Assembly: GCA_024137785.1 (NCBI GenBank)
Contig: JAHRHZ010000058.1
Coordinates: 33,151,646-33,215,645 of the forward strand
Source: Ginglymostoma cirratum
Taxonomy: Eukaryota
Direction: 5' to 3'
DNA length: 64,000 nucleotides
Shown one piece after another: positions 40,544-52,310 of the stretch. The notes under the pieces are model-generated. The model ran no database searches. It saw nothing but the letters and a program-made list of their open reading frames with translations, and was not told where the DNA came from. How positions within the stretch are numbered: position 1 is the stretch's first letter; the number at the start of each line of letters is the position of its first letter. The position numbers and the translations under genes are program-made.

Positions 40544-41784
40544 GATACACCATATCCACAGGTTTGCCATTGTCCACCATGCAAGTAATGTCCTCAAAGA
40601 ATTCCACCAAATTAGTTAAACATGACCTACCCTTCATGGACCCATGCTGGTTGTTCCCAATGGGACAATTTATATTCAGATGTCTTGCTATTTCTTCCTT
40701 AATGATAGATTCAAGCATTTTCCCCACCACTGAAGTTAAGCTAACTGGCCTATAGTTACCTGCTTTTTGTCTACTTCCTTTTTTAAACAGTGGCATCACA
40801 TTGGCTGTTTTCCAATCTGTGGGATTTTCCAATCTGCCATCTGCAATCATTATGTTCTTATGAGCTTGCTATACTTCTACTGGTTAATCCTTCCACTATT
40901 CCCATCCATCTCTTCACTTCTTTCTCCTTATTCTCACTCCTTCTTCCCTCTTAAATTTATTTATCTCGCCCCTATTGTATCATTCCCATTTACATCGACT
41001 TTCCTCTTCTTTCACTTCTCCTCCTCTGTTCCTATACCCTTTCTCTCTTTTCCTCCTCATCATGTTCTTTTCCTTTACCTTTGCGGTCTCCTTCCCCAGG
41101 TTTTTCTCAAATTCCATACACTTGCACTTTCTCCTCCTTCTTTCTTTTCTTTTCTGGGCTTTTGTTTCTTTATGTCAACTTCACTTCTGTGACCAATCTT
41201 CTGTTTCCTTTCTACTTCACAAATCATCCACTTTAAACCCAAATAGTTTAAAAACTATATTGTATTTTCTCAATCCCCCTTGTGCAGTGCTATCAAAAGT
41301 TGACTGGTACATCTATAATTTCAGTGTGCAGGCACCTGTCGGCATTCCCTATGGATATTTTATGTAAATTGTGCCTGTTAGGTAATTCTAAGAGTTTCTT
41401 CTTCAGAGCACTCATTTTGTCTCAACATTCTTAGACACAAAAATTTCTATCTAGTTTTCTCTAAATGCTTAGTTTTAGTGTCCTTATACTTCCAAAATTA
41501 TTAGCTAATTCTGTACTAATCTGGATTTTCAAACTCACTTTCATAGATTGTTTACTCAGGTTAAGTTGGAGGTGAGTCTGTACTCTTTGGGTCCTGCTAA
41601 CAAATTGAAAGTTCAGTGTTTTTGACATTTCCAAAACCAAAGCTCAGTCCTTGCATCAAAAAAAATTTGGTCTACCAAATTTAATCGCATTTAAAGCATG
41701 TTCGTAGTCTTGAGATCCACACTATTAGAAGGATAGTGTAACTCTACAGAGGATACATTATAGATCAAAGTTTTTGAAACAATT

Positions 41785-42545
41785 TGTAGCTCAGGGCGTG
41801 GATGAAGTTGTAGACTTGCTCTCCGAGCCAGTGTGTTTGATTGCAGACGTTTCATCACCCTGCTCAGTAACATCGTCAGTGCGCCTCCGATAAAGTGTCG
41901 GTGTTCTGTTCCACTTGTTATTTATATGCCTCAGTATGCTGGGGTGGTTGGCATCACTTCTGGTTCTGTTGTACAGTGGTTTGTATATCGGATTCAGTTC
42001 ATGTGTTTGTTGATGGAGTTCCGGCTGGAATGCCAGACCTCCAGGAATTCCCTGGCATGTCTCTGTTTAGCTTGTGCTATTATACATGTGCTGTCCCAGT
42101 CAAATTTGTGTACTTCTTTGTCCGTGTGTACTAAGACCAGTGAGAACTGGTCGTGTCATTTAGTGGCTAGTTGGTATTCAAGTATCCTTATTGTCAGCTT
42201 TCTTCCACTTTGGCCTATGAAATGTTTCTCTCAGTCCCTGCATGGTATCTTGTATATTACGTTAGTTTTATTGGTTGTGGGTATGGGATCCTTTATGTTC
42301 ATCGCAGGGTTTTTGTTAGTTTTGTGGGTTACCCTGAAGCCTAGGGGTCTGTGGTCATCTCTGAAATATCTCTGTACAGTAGAGTGACTAGTATGTCTGG
42401 CCATGTTGTCTCGGCTTGTTGTGGTCTGTAGCGGAGGTAATAATGACATCCTTTGATGTAACAGGACTAGTTACATCCATAAACATCGACCTACCCAAAG
42501 AGACAATTGCCACACTGCTGGGCGAATCAGTAAGGCAGGCACCCC
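41785..42545 (-). mobile_element. PLE family D fragment (GIY-YIG on -) with an inverted RT piece at its 5' end (~42430-42545, +)
   Basis: KDPIPTTNKTNVIYKIPC on the minus strand; SFDVTGLVTSINIDL.KETI on the plus strand; hammerhead at 41846-41879. Confidence 0.85.
41841..41884 (-). ncRNA. Minimal hammerhead ribozyme motif (family D)
   Basis: GCA-CUGACGA-U-GUUAC(UGAGCAGG)GUGAU-GAA-AC/GU-C-UGC; stem I is GCA/UGC. Confidence 0.7.
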
Positions 42546-42819
42546 TGAATGAATTTGGAAACAAAAAGAGTTGGACACATGAAATAAGACACATTGAATA
42601 ATACTCAATAAATGTAAAAAGATAAAAGTAGCCAGCAGAAAGGAGTCAAAATTAAAAGACGGCAGCAGACTGAAGGAAAGTTAAAATTGAGTTATTGCGG
42701 TTAAAGTTAAACCACATAGATAAATGGAAGAAAATTAGCAAGAAAGAGAAACAGACAAGAGGAAGATAACTAAGATGAAGATGGAGGAAATACAAACAAA
42801 ATACAGCAGAAACTGCTAC

Positions 42820-42925
42820 TGAATTCGGACGAAGAGTCATATCAGAGTTGAAAAATTAATTTTGTCTCTCTCTGTACATATGCTGCCAGATTTACAGAGT
42901 TTCTCCAGCACTTTCTGTTTTTCTT
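42820..42925 (+). mobile_element. Degenerate PLE family B tail
   Basis: CGGACGAAGAGTCA...GAAAA...TCTCTCT...ATGCTGCCAGA...TTTCTCCAGCACTTTCTGTTTT. Confidence 0.6.
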
Positions 42926-43414
42926 ATTGGGGATTTGATCTGTGCCTGTTGTCAAATGTTCAGCAGTAAGAAAGCCTGATACGATAGAGGGGAAAGTAGA
43001 GATCCAAACTTTTTTCTATTAAATCAACAAATTTAAGGAGAGAATATTGGCCTCAGAGTTAATTACAAACACCTACAAGTTGTTGCAAATCTATGGTTTT
43101 ATAAAATGATTATGTTTTGAACTGTCTCTTTAAAATCAAGGCAAAATGATCTAATAGTGAGTGACTTGCAATGTCCTGCTACTTCTTCCTGGTAATAAAT
43201 CAAGCTGGCCTGGTTGCTGCAGAAATGCAGAATCCTAGATCATTTATCATTGACATGCAGGTACAAAGTTTAACACACGAAAAACAAAGAACAGAGTATC
43301 TGGCTTCACCATGGGTGAACTTACAGACTGTCAGACCGTCTGATTAAAAGCACTTTGGGGTCAGACAGAGAAAGACAAAGGAAGAATCAGCAGCCATTGC
43401 TAGCAGCAGGTCAA

Positions 43415-45898
43415 CCAGGTGGACCTTGGGGATTGTTGTTTGACGTGGGTTAACATCCTCAATCAGGAAGCCCTGACTGACCAATATAAAACAGGTAATT
43501 CAGAATCACCTCAGTTCAGAGAACTGAAACCTTTCGGAATCCAGCGAGACCCAGCTCACTGTAGAGGACGGCATATTACTTTGGGAGCAAGAGTGATTGT
43601 CCTGGAGTAAAGGTCACTGCCAGATACTGGCTGAACTCCACCAGGGTCATCCAGGGGTTTCCAAGATGACGATGCTGGCAAGAAGTTATGTCTGGTAGTC
43701 AGGGTTGGATGCTGACATACCTGTGTGGGTGGGGCAGTACCCAGGGTGCCAACAAGTACAAACATGGCCACCAGCACACCCCCACCCCCCAACATTCATG
43801 GGAATGGATTGGTCAATCCTGGACTCATTCACATGTCAACTATGCTGATCCCCTCGTGGGCTCAATGTTGCTAGTCCTGGCGTACACCTATTCAAAGTGG
43901 TTGGACATGCATAAAGTCTGATCGGTAAACTTGGGGAATGACAATTGTGAGGCTGTGAGCATCATTTGCAATACACGGTCTCCTGGAAGTATTGGTCATG
44001 GACAATGGGATGTCATTTACCAACAAGGAATTTGAATATTTCCTTAAGTCAAATGGTATTCAGTACTTAAGGACAGCTCCATACCATCCTTCATCCAATG
44101 GTCAAGTGGAAAGAGTGGCCTAAACATTGAAGGCAGCCTTAAAGAAGCAGCCTACGGTGTCACTCAATACTAAACTGTCTCGGTTCCTGTTCGATGATAG
44201 GACCACCCCTCACACAACAACAGGGATAGCTCCAGCAGAGTTGCTGATGGGGAGAAGACTCAGCACCAGGTTAAACCTGATATTTCCAGACCTGGGATGG
44301 GGGGTTGGCGTGAAACAGCAGCAGGACTGTCATTGCCGGCCACATGCCTCCTCTGAAGCAAGAGAAAGAGACAATTTAATTCGGGGACAAAGTTTGGTGC
44401 TGGACACATGGAAATGGCCCTGTATGGGTACAAAGTTCGGGCAGGTGAGGCAGTCTTGAACAAATGTGGATCACATGAAAGCCGTTACTTTGCAAACAGT
44501 ACAGGAACAAAATATACCTAGTTCCTCAGGTCATCTGGCTGCTCTCTCAGAAACTGAGAGTCCTCCCAGCCTCTGTTTTAGTGTCAAGGAGACTTCAGAA
44601 TCCAAGATGGATGCAATCTCAATACCTTTTCTGCCAGAAGAAGAGGCAGAAACCGTCCCAAGATGCTCCAGACAGAAGAGACAGGCTACTGTCGAGTACA
44701 CAGTGCTCGTGTCAAAGTCCAAATCAGAGGAACAGGATATGGGGTAAAAACATCACAGAAAAAACTGCAAGACCAAACCTCCATCCCCAGACTTAGTGGC
44801 ATCAGTGGGGGTGGGGGAATGATGTGGACCTTGTGGACTACAAAAGGTCCTTGCTTGGGATTGTTAACCCAGGTCAGTCAGGACCCCCTGGCCAACCAGT
44901 GTAAACGGGAGATTTTATCAATAAAGCTATTTCCACTTCTGGTGTTTTTACTGTTTCTCACACCTACAAAAAATTAACTAGGAGATGAGAATCGCCTTAG
45001 TTCAAGTGACTGACCAAAAAAAAATATGAACGGGGATTGTTCAAGCCTGAGTGCAGAGGGAGCACGTATTATCCACCAACACTCGCGCTGCCTTTAGGGA
45101 GAGGTGGGCACCACAAGGGTGAGCCCTTTATCTTGCCCTTCCAATTCTATATTGATTTGATCCCTACCTTCCCCTTCACGTTTTCTTTCACATAAGCAAA
45201 GCTCGGTAGGAGCAATGTTTTTTATTGGTCCATTGGCCATATGGGTGTCTTTCCTGGTGGTGGAAAGGTTGAATAAAGTTGTTTTACACGTGGTGTTTTT
45301 ACTGACTCCTACACCTACACACACACACGCACACACAAGTGCAGTGGGTAAAAACTAAGCACTACCTCTGTATGGCAGCAGGTGTAGGGGTACTTTTAAA
45401 AGAAATAAAGTAACCAGGAGGAAAGGGTGTCCATGGAGAAGGAGCACACCGTGTCCACCAAAATTCTTGCTGCCTTTAGGGAGAGGTGGATACCGTGGGG
45501 GTAGAGTGTTTTATTTCCCTTTTCGATTCTGTTTTGATTTAGTTCTTACCTTTCATTCACTTGTTTCCCCCTTCATTTACTGCCCTTACTGGAGTTCTGC
45601 TTGTCACAGGTTCCTTGGCCCATGGGTGTTTTTCCTGGTGTTAGAATGTTAATGAAACTGATGTTTCTCGTTGTGTCTTGCACCTACACACAACATGGGT
45701 GTTGGGAAAGACAGGCACTGCTGCTGTACTGCTGTAGTGTAGGGTATTTAAAACAAAAACAAAATATAAACAGGGGATTTAGAATCTCCTCTGTTCAGCA
45801 GACTGACTCTGAGCTGGCTGGTCACAGCCAGTGTACTGTGCACAAGTAAATAAAGGGTGATTTGATGATGGGAGAATAGCCTCTGTGCAGTTATTTCA
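43415..45898 (+). mobile_element. Internally deleted Gypsy LTR retrotransposon: 5' LTR ~43415-43650, integrase remnant ~43790-44295, PPT ~44804-44819, 3' LTR 44820-45898 (interrupted)
   Basis: W..SW.H.HV.YA.P..GSM.LV....YSKW, DNG..FT..EF..FL..NGI, TAPYHPSSNG..ER and RTTPHTTTG.APAELLMGR motifs; purine tract followed by TG...AATAAA...TTTCA. Confidence 0.85.
44917..45762 (+). mobile_element. Tandem 3' ends of an L1-clade (Tx1-like) non-LTR element inside the Gypsy 3' LTR
   Basis: Two ORF2 C-termini, REHVLSTNTRAAFRERWAPQG* (~45057-45122) and RVSMEKEHTVSTKILAAFRERWIPWG* (~45424-45504), each followed by a related 3' UTR and A-rich end; a third, UTR-only piece at ~44917-44973. Confidence 0.65.
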
Positions 45899-45939
45899 CA
45901 GGAGAACAATGTTCTCTGCCACCATACGATTTTGAGGCT

Positions 45940-47430
45940 TCTTCACAGTGTAGATAAGGAGAGGATATTTCTTCTGATGGGAGAATATAGAACTAGGGGC
46001 CACTGTCTAACAATTAGTAGTCATCCATTTAGAAGAGATTTATTTTCTTTCAGACAGTTGTAAATCTTTGAAACTCTCTTCCCGGAAAGGTATTCGTAGC
46101 AAGGTCCTTGTATTTAAGGTTTTTGCAAAGACCTGTAGCGAGGGTTGTGGGTGAGGTGTTAACTTGCTCACTGAGCTGGCTTGTTCTTGTTAAGACATTT
46201 CATCACCATGCTACGTAACATCATCAGTGAGGCCTCCAATTGAAGCAATTATGCTTCACTCCGCTTGGAATTTACATTGTCCGCTCTGTTATGGTGTTGG
46301 TTCAGATGTTTCATCACCATCCTAGGTATTCACCAGAGAAGAAGAAAGCAACAATCAGCTTCTGTTTCTGGATGTCAGAGTTGAATGTACAACCAACAGG
46401 ATGTTCCAGACCTTGGTATACAATGTTTGGAAAGCAATCCACACGGACCAAATCCTCAACTTTCACAGCAACCTCCCCAATGCCCACAAACAAAGCTGTG
46501 TTAGGACTCTATTTAAACAGGCCACCACTCACTGCAACATGCCAGAACTATGCAGAAAAGAGGAAGAGCACCTATACAAAACCTTCACTATAAACCGATA
46601 TCCCCGCAACTTCATCTGTAGATGCCTACTAAATAGCCAACAACAAGAGGACACAATACACCCTAACACACTGGCCACACTCCCCTACAGCAAGAACATA
46701 TCAGAACTGACTAGACTCCTAAGACTACCAAGAATCATGGTGGCCCACAAGCCCACAGTCAATCACAAACAGACACAAAGATTAGACAACCCATTCCCAC
46801 AACATGCAGAACCAACGTAGTGTACAAAATACCATGCAACGACTGCCACAAACATTACATTGGACAGACAGGAAGGAAACTAGCCATCAGAATACCCGAA
46901 CATCAGATAGCAGCAAAACGACACAATGAACTTTCCTTTATATTGGTACACTCAGACAATGAAAGTCATCAGTTTAACTGGGACAAGGTAACCATAGTAG
47001 CCCGAGTGAAACATAGACATGCACAGGATTTCCTAGAGGCATGGTTCTCCACCCATACTTCAATCAACAAACGTATAGAATTGTACCCATATATAAACCC
47101 ATACAGATCAAAACCGGAAATGACAGTACTTACTGTAACAGACCGGACAGTATAAATTCCAAGTGGAGTAGAATAACATCATTTCATGGGAGACTCTAGT
47201 GATGATGTTACCTAGCATGGTGACGAAATGTCTAAACGAAAACAAGCCAGCTCGGCGAGCAAGTCAACAACATCAAGGTCCTGTACATTTTTAAGGAGGT
47301 GGTTAACAGGTTTTTGTCAAGCTTAGGTTATCAGGGCTAGACATAAATATGAATTTGATGCTAACAATCATCTCCACTTGAATGACAGAGCAGGCTTGAG
47401 GTGCTGAATGGCATATTCCTGCTCCTTATT
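45940..47430 (+). mobile_element. CR1 3' fragment split by a PLE
   Basis: CR1 end motifs at 45940-46120 resume at 47275-47430. Confidence 0.7.
46135..47273 (+). mobile_element. PLE family D: RT C-terminus, GIY-YIG and tail, with an inverted pseudo-LTR at the 5' end
   Basis: FLDV.V, KAIHTDQILNFHSN and VYKIPCNDC.KHYIGQTGRKL..R..EH motifs; 46160-46235 is the inverse of ~47190-47270; approximate TSD CAAGGTCCT(T)GTA. Confidence 0.92.
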
Positions 47431-47966
47431 TATATGTTTGTATGTTAGCATGTAATGATCAGGCTAAATGTTAATTAATGCTTGCTCACTGACAGAAGGG
47501 AATAAAGCTACAGTGTTTAGAGATTATTGGAAGAGGCAGCCTGATGGTGCCTGGTGATGCTCTCGGAGCAGAAGAGGATTCAGGAATTCTCAGAAGACTG
47601 AAGGCCAATATCTTTGACTCAGTCACTGGACGTAATGGCTGGATTTTTGCAGAGCCAGGGTCCCTCTGTGGACCTATAAAAATAAATGTGCAGGACCCAA
47701 TTCCAGTCTGCCCAGCCCTGCGCCTGTACTGATGTAGATCAAAACTCAGCCTTATGACTCAGTCGAATGGATAGAATGGAGAAAGGTGGACCCATTGGAA
47801 CCTGGGAGTAACTTTGGGCTATTTCCTGCAAAAACTGCACTTCAGCAGAGAGTATGTTGTAAAACATAAATGCAGCATGGGTTATTTGTGTTAAAATGCT
47901 CGGAAAGGATGTAACTTCTGTTATGTAAAGCATCAGTTACCTACTAAGTAATGTTTAAACTGTTGA

Positions 47967-48107
47967 GAGAGATAAAAGGTACTGCAGATGCTGGAGAATC
48001 CGAGATAATTTTTTCTGATGAAGGGTCTAGGCCCGAAACGTCAAGCTTTCCTGCTGCTATGATGCTGCTTGGCCTGCTGTGTTCATCCAGCCCCACACCT
48101 TGTTATC
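47967..48107 (+). mobile_element. PLE family A mini-insertion with the distal 3' extension inverted at the 5' junction
   Basis: 13-bp TSD TTTA(A/G)ACTGTTGA (47954-47966 and 48108-48120); 47967-48008 is the reverse complement of the tail extension. Confidence 0.9.
48012..48045 (+). ncRNA. Minimal hammerhead ribozyme motif (family A), intact core
   Basis: UUU-CUGAUGA-A-GGGU(CUAG)GCCC-GAA-AC/GU-C-AAG. Confidence 0.75.
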
Positions 48108-50396
48108 TTTAGACTGTTGATTTTTGTTTGTTTGTTATAGTAAAAGTCTGAAAACCTCAATTTTTTTCGTGCAGTTGCTTTAAGGCACAGAGAATTTAAT
48201 CTTTCAACAGTTGCCAACATCCACGGAGATTGTTACAAAGTACAGACAGAAACAAAAAAGAGGATTATTACGGCAAGTGGAAAGAATTAGAGTCAATGAG
48301 TCATCTCAGGTAAATGAGCGAACCTTTGGTCTTTGAAACAGGTGACGAGGCAGTACAACTTGAAATTAGGCTGTCACAAGAGACAGTTACTGAATAAAGC
48401 TGAGGAACGTGGAATGAATTAAGGTTAGATTGATAAAACTGTGGAACTACTTAAGAGATTACTCTAGCAAACAGATACCAGTCTCTGTCAACATTGCAAA
48501 AGAATGCAACATACCAGAAACAAGGGCAGTTAGTGAACCGGAGAGAACAACCTGGGCAAAGACTCTGTTTCTAAATCATAGTGAGATTGTAATGATAGAA
48601 AATGCTTTGTTCTGTAAAGGAGATTGGTACTTGTATTGTAACGACAATTCCTTCAGAGTGATGATTATATACATCTATCAGTAATGTATTTTAAGATTGG
48701 GTTAGAAAGAATAAAGAAGAGGACAGGTAGAGATACAGTTGTAGGAATTCACAAAAGGAGGAAATATCAGAGGGAGGAGTGGTACAGAAGCCTTACAAGC
48801 CATGCTCACAAACTGCTGTTCAGCCGAAAAATGATGTTCTTTGGTAAGACATTATGCCATTAGCCACTATCTACAGAATAGTATTTAAGAAAAGAGAAAC
48901 CAAAAGAATACTGTGGAGCTAAAGAGACTTTCTGAAATGCTTGAAAACAATGTTATCTTTAATAATCACTGAGAAACTTTCCAGAGTAAACCAAACTGAC
49001 ACAGGAAGAAAAGGCTGTATTTCAATCAAACAAGGCCAGAAAGAATTGAAAAAAAATTGGAAGAAAGATCCTCAAACCTTCTCTTATGCCTGGATTTTCA
49101 CTCTCGTATTCAGAGTCAGAAATTCACTGCTCCATGAACTGGACTTTTAAAGTTTTTGTCCAAACATTAGATTTTCAGTCTGGGATGATGGGTGAGGATT
49201 AGCTGTGGTGGCAGACTACATCAGAAGTTGGACAGGTGATCCAGAAGCAGTGGGCAGGATTCTGGATTGCGGAATTGGGCAGGATTGAGAGTCTGTGTCA
49301 GGGTCTGGCACTATGTCCAAAATGTCAAAAGGAATTATAAATCATAAAACACCCCTCTAACCCTCGAATATCACACTCCCTCAGGCCACACACTGTCCAT
49401 GCTGAGATGGGATGAAATCAAGTTGTATATATTGCAGACTTCACTATGAAGAAATCCTACCAACCATTAAAAAAATTTTAATTGCATTCCTTCAACTTTA
49501 TTAAGCCTTATAACAACAAATCTTTCCTCCAAATGCATAATTCTTTGTAACAACAAGCCTTGGAGTTCATTGACCCACTTCAAAGAGTTTACAACCACTT
49601 GTAGCTATCAATCAAACTGAAATGGCACATACCCTACTACAGTAATGAAGAGTTGTGAAATGAATAAACCCTTAGGCTTATGTCAACAGGAAGTGCGAAA
49701 CAGCAAGCAACGTGTTTTCTTAAAACACTCCAAGCCTTATTTTCAAAGATTTAAAAGGCAGGATTTTAAGATATCTTGACAGATTGAAAGACCTTGTTGA
49801 CACTTCCTCTTGACATTTTAGTCAGGTTCTTGCGCAATCTTTGCGGATCCTTTTGTTATTTTGACACATGATTTTGCCAGATCCATGACAGCTAACACAT
49901 TTATACACTTTTTGCACACATTCGTGCCTAACTATAACAATTCCAAAGAGTCCCTTACCACATGTAAAGGTTATACAACCGCCCTCACATGAGCCTCAAG
50001 GCCATACCCAATAACTACCTTACATCTCCAAAAGGCTTCGCTAGTTCTGCAAAAGCAGTTCAGGTCTCTTACCAGGTCAACTCTGCATACTTCAAATTTC
50101 ACATTCCCAGGCAAAATCCAATCAAATGAAGGCAGTTACTGATTTAAATATCAAACTGTCACCATAAAATATGCACGTGTGGTGAAAATCTAGGCCTTAC
50201 TGCCAATGCCTCCGAGCCCTGCTACTTTATTGCCTTTAGATTGGAGCTCTCACCCAGCAATCTCAACTTATAGGGCTTGTCCCATTGCTTATACAACTTG
50301 TCTTTCAATTGCTTCCATGGACTTTTTAGTCTTCTTTCATTTCTAGGTTGGAAAATGCTAGTATTAAAAGTGAAATTAAGTGAAACAGGGAAGAAG

Positions 50397-50740
50397 TTGC
50401 GCAGTGGAAATAACACTGGATTAATTATCCAGAACTCCAGGACACAGGATTGATTCCCATTCCATGGCAGCTGGTGAAATTTAAACTTGAAGCAGAAGAA
50501 ATTCAAAATAAGAAACAAGTCTAATGGCTTAAATGTAACCATCGTCAATTGTGGTAAAAACCGACTTGGTTCACTCATTTCCTCAGGGATGGAAATCTGC
50601 CATCCTTACCTGGACTGGTTCCATGTGACTCCAGGCCCATAGCAATGTGGTTAACTCTTAACTGCCCTCTGCACAATTAGGAATGGGCAAAAAAAATTAG
50701 CATAGTTAGCAACACCCAACTCTCATGAATAAAGAAAAAA
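50397..50740 (+). mobile_element. tRNA-headed SINE (same family as 688)
   Basis: Same body (GGAAATCTGCCATCCTTACCTGG...AACTGCCCTCTG..CAATTAGGAATGGGCAA). Confidence 0.75.
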
Positions 50741-51289
50741 ATCCTGCTTTGAATACTATGTAACAAATAAAAAAATTTCAAATACTAACAAACTGGTTGA
50801 GTTCCAGGCAACAGTGAGACCCATATGATATTGTTTGGCCTTTCTTTAGTACTGCCACAGGCTAAGCATTCACTATCCTGTGTTTAAGGTTCAGCCACAC
50901 TGGTGTCTGGTGTTTTTCAACAGTGCTCTTTCTGTCCTGATCAAAGATGATTAGAATTGAAAACAACCTAATTTTTAGGATGTTTTCATAGTTTGTAAAA
51001 CACTCATCCCTACAGGCAATGTATATTTAATCACTTGTTCATCTCAATTATATGAACACACAGACACAAATACATACTTAATGTGCACAGACATAAAAAT
51101 GCATTCTTCTAATGATTCTTCCAGGCCTAACAAAATATGCAGGACACTTATTACATATGTTTTCATGTATAAAGGATCTCCTCTGTGATTTGGGTATCAT
51201 GGAAAGCCGTTATGTGCCTCATGAGCCAGTACATTAAGGTCGACGTCTGAAATTTGAGCTTTCCTTCTTCCCTGGGCCTGAGCTCAAAG

Positions 51290-52310
51290 TATGGGGACAA
51301 GGCACTTCACCGAAACATTATGAAATGAATGTGACACAGAAATATAAACAGATATTAGTTCTGATGGCCAAAAACTTTGTTAAAGAGATAGGTTTTAAGT
51401 AGTGCCTTGAAAGAGGAGAGTGAGGTAGTGGAGTGGAGAGATGTAGGGATTGCACTCCAGACCACAGGGCCTAGGCAACTGAAGGGTCAGCCGTTAATAA
51501 TGAAGCAATTATGATTGAAAGTGTACAATAGGTCAGAATTAAAGAAGATAGATATCTCAGAGTATTGGAAAGTTGAACGAACTTAAAGACTAAGCGTAGC
51601 AGGGCCATGGAAGGATTTGAAGAAATTGATGACAACTTTAAATGAAGACATTACTTGACTGAAAGCCAATGCAGGTTGGTGAGCATAGGGATGATGAGTT
51701 TGGGACAAGATGCAAATTAAGACATTAGTAACGATGTTTTGGATGACCTCAAGTCTACGGAGGATAGAATATGGGAGTTCTGCTAAAAGTACATTGGAAT
51801 TATCAAGTCTAGAGGTAACAAAGGCTTGGATGAGAGTTTCAGCAGCAGATGAGCTGAGAGAGGGGCAAATTGAAGCAATGTTACTGAGGTGGAAATAGAC
51901 GGCTTTAGAGGTAGCGCATATGTGACCCAAAGTCTGCAACTTGACTGTGTTGATTTCAGACAAAACAGAGTGCTGCAAAAATGCAGCAGGAGCCTGACAG
52001 CATCTGTAGAGAGAAAACGGTTAACATTTCAGGTCCAGTTACCCTTCATTAGAAGTGACCTTTGAGTTCTGATGAAACGTCACTGGGCTTGAAATGGTAA
52101 CTTTGCTTTCTCTCTACTGTTACTGCCAGATCTTCTGCATTTTTGCAGCATTCTGTTTTGTTTCAGATGTCCAGCATCCGCAGTTTGTTTGTTTTTATTC
52201 TGGCAAAGAATGAGTTCATTAGTTAGAGGATGGAGTTTGGAACAAGGAACAGAAACAATGACTTCACACCTCCCAATACTTAATCAAGGAAATCACAGCA
52301 GGATTATCAG
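51290..52310 (-). mobile_element. L2 LINE 3' fragment, interrupted by a PLE palindrome
   Basis: ORF 51583..51978: YFHL.NIA.I.P.LS...AETLI.AFVTSRLD.SN.LL..LP, the classic L2 ORF2 end. Confidence 0.9.
51958..52199. mobile_element. Head-to-head pair of PLE family B tails forming a ~240-bp imperfect palindrome
   Basis: CAAAACAGAGTGCTGCAAAAATGCAG ... CTGCATTTTTGCAGCATTCTGTTTTG; decayed hammerhead cores on both arms. Confidence 0.8.

Larger units (their letters stand above)
38853..40832 (-). mobile_element. Young 5'-truncated CR1 LINE (RT domain), interrupted by a PLE
   Basis: NYRPVSLTSVVGK, YLDFQKAFD, SGVPQGSVLGP, SKFADDTK and RPQLEYCVQ motifs, largely intact. Confidence 0.95.

Noticed and set aside
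39230-40597. 455-aa ORF as a host gene
   Set aside because: It is CR1 RT preceded by off-frame read-through of a TSD-flanked PLE insert.
40767-41367. Hydrophobic F/L/S-rich ORFs resembling membrane proteins
   Set aside because: Low-complexity pyrimidine-rich strand, probably the antisense of a decayed purine-rich repeat.
48230-49150. Endogenous viral element or LTR internal region
   Set aside because: A-rich and coding-like, but no gag, pol or viral motif could be identified.
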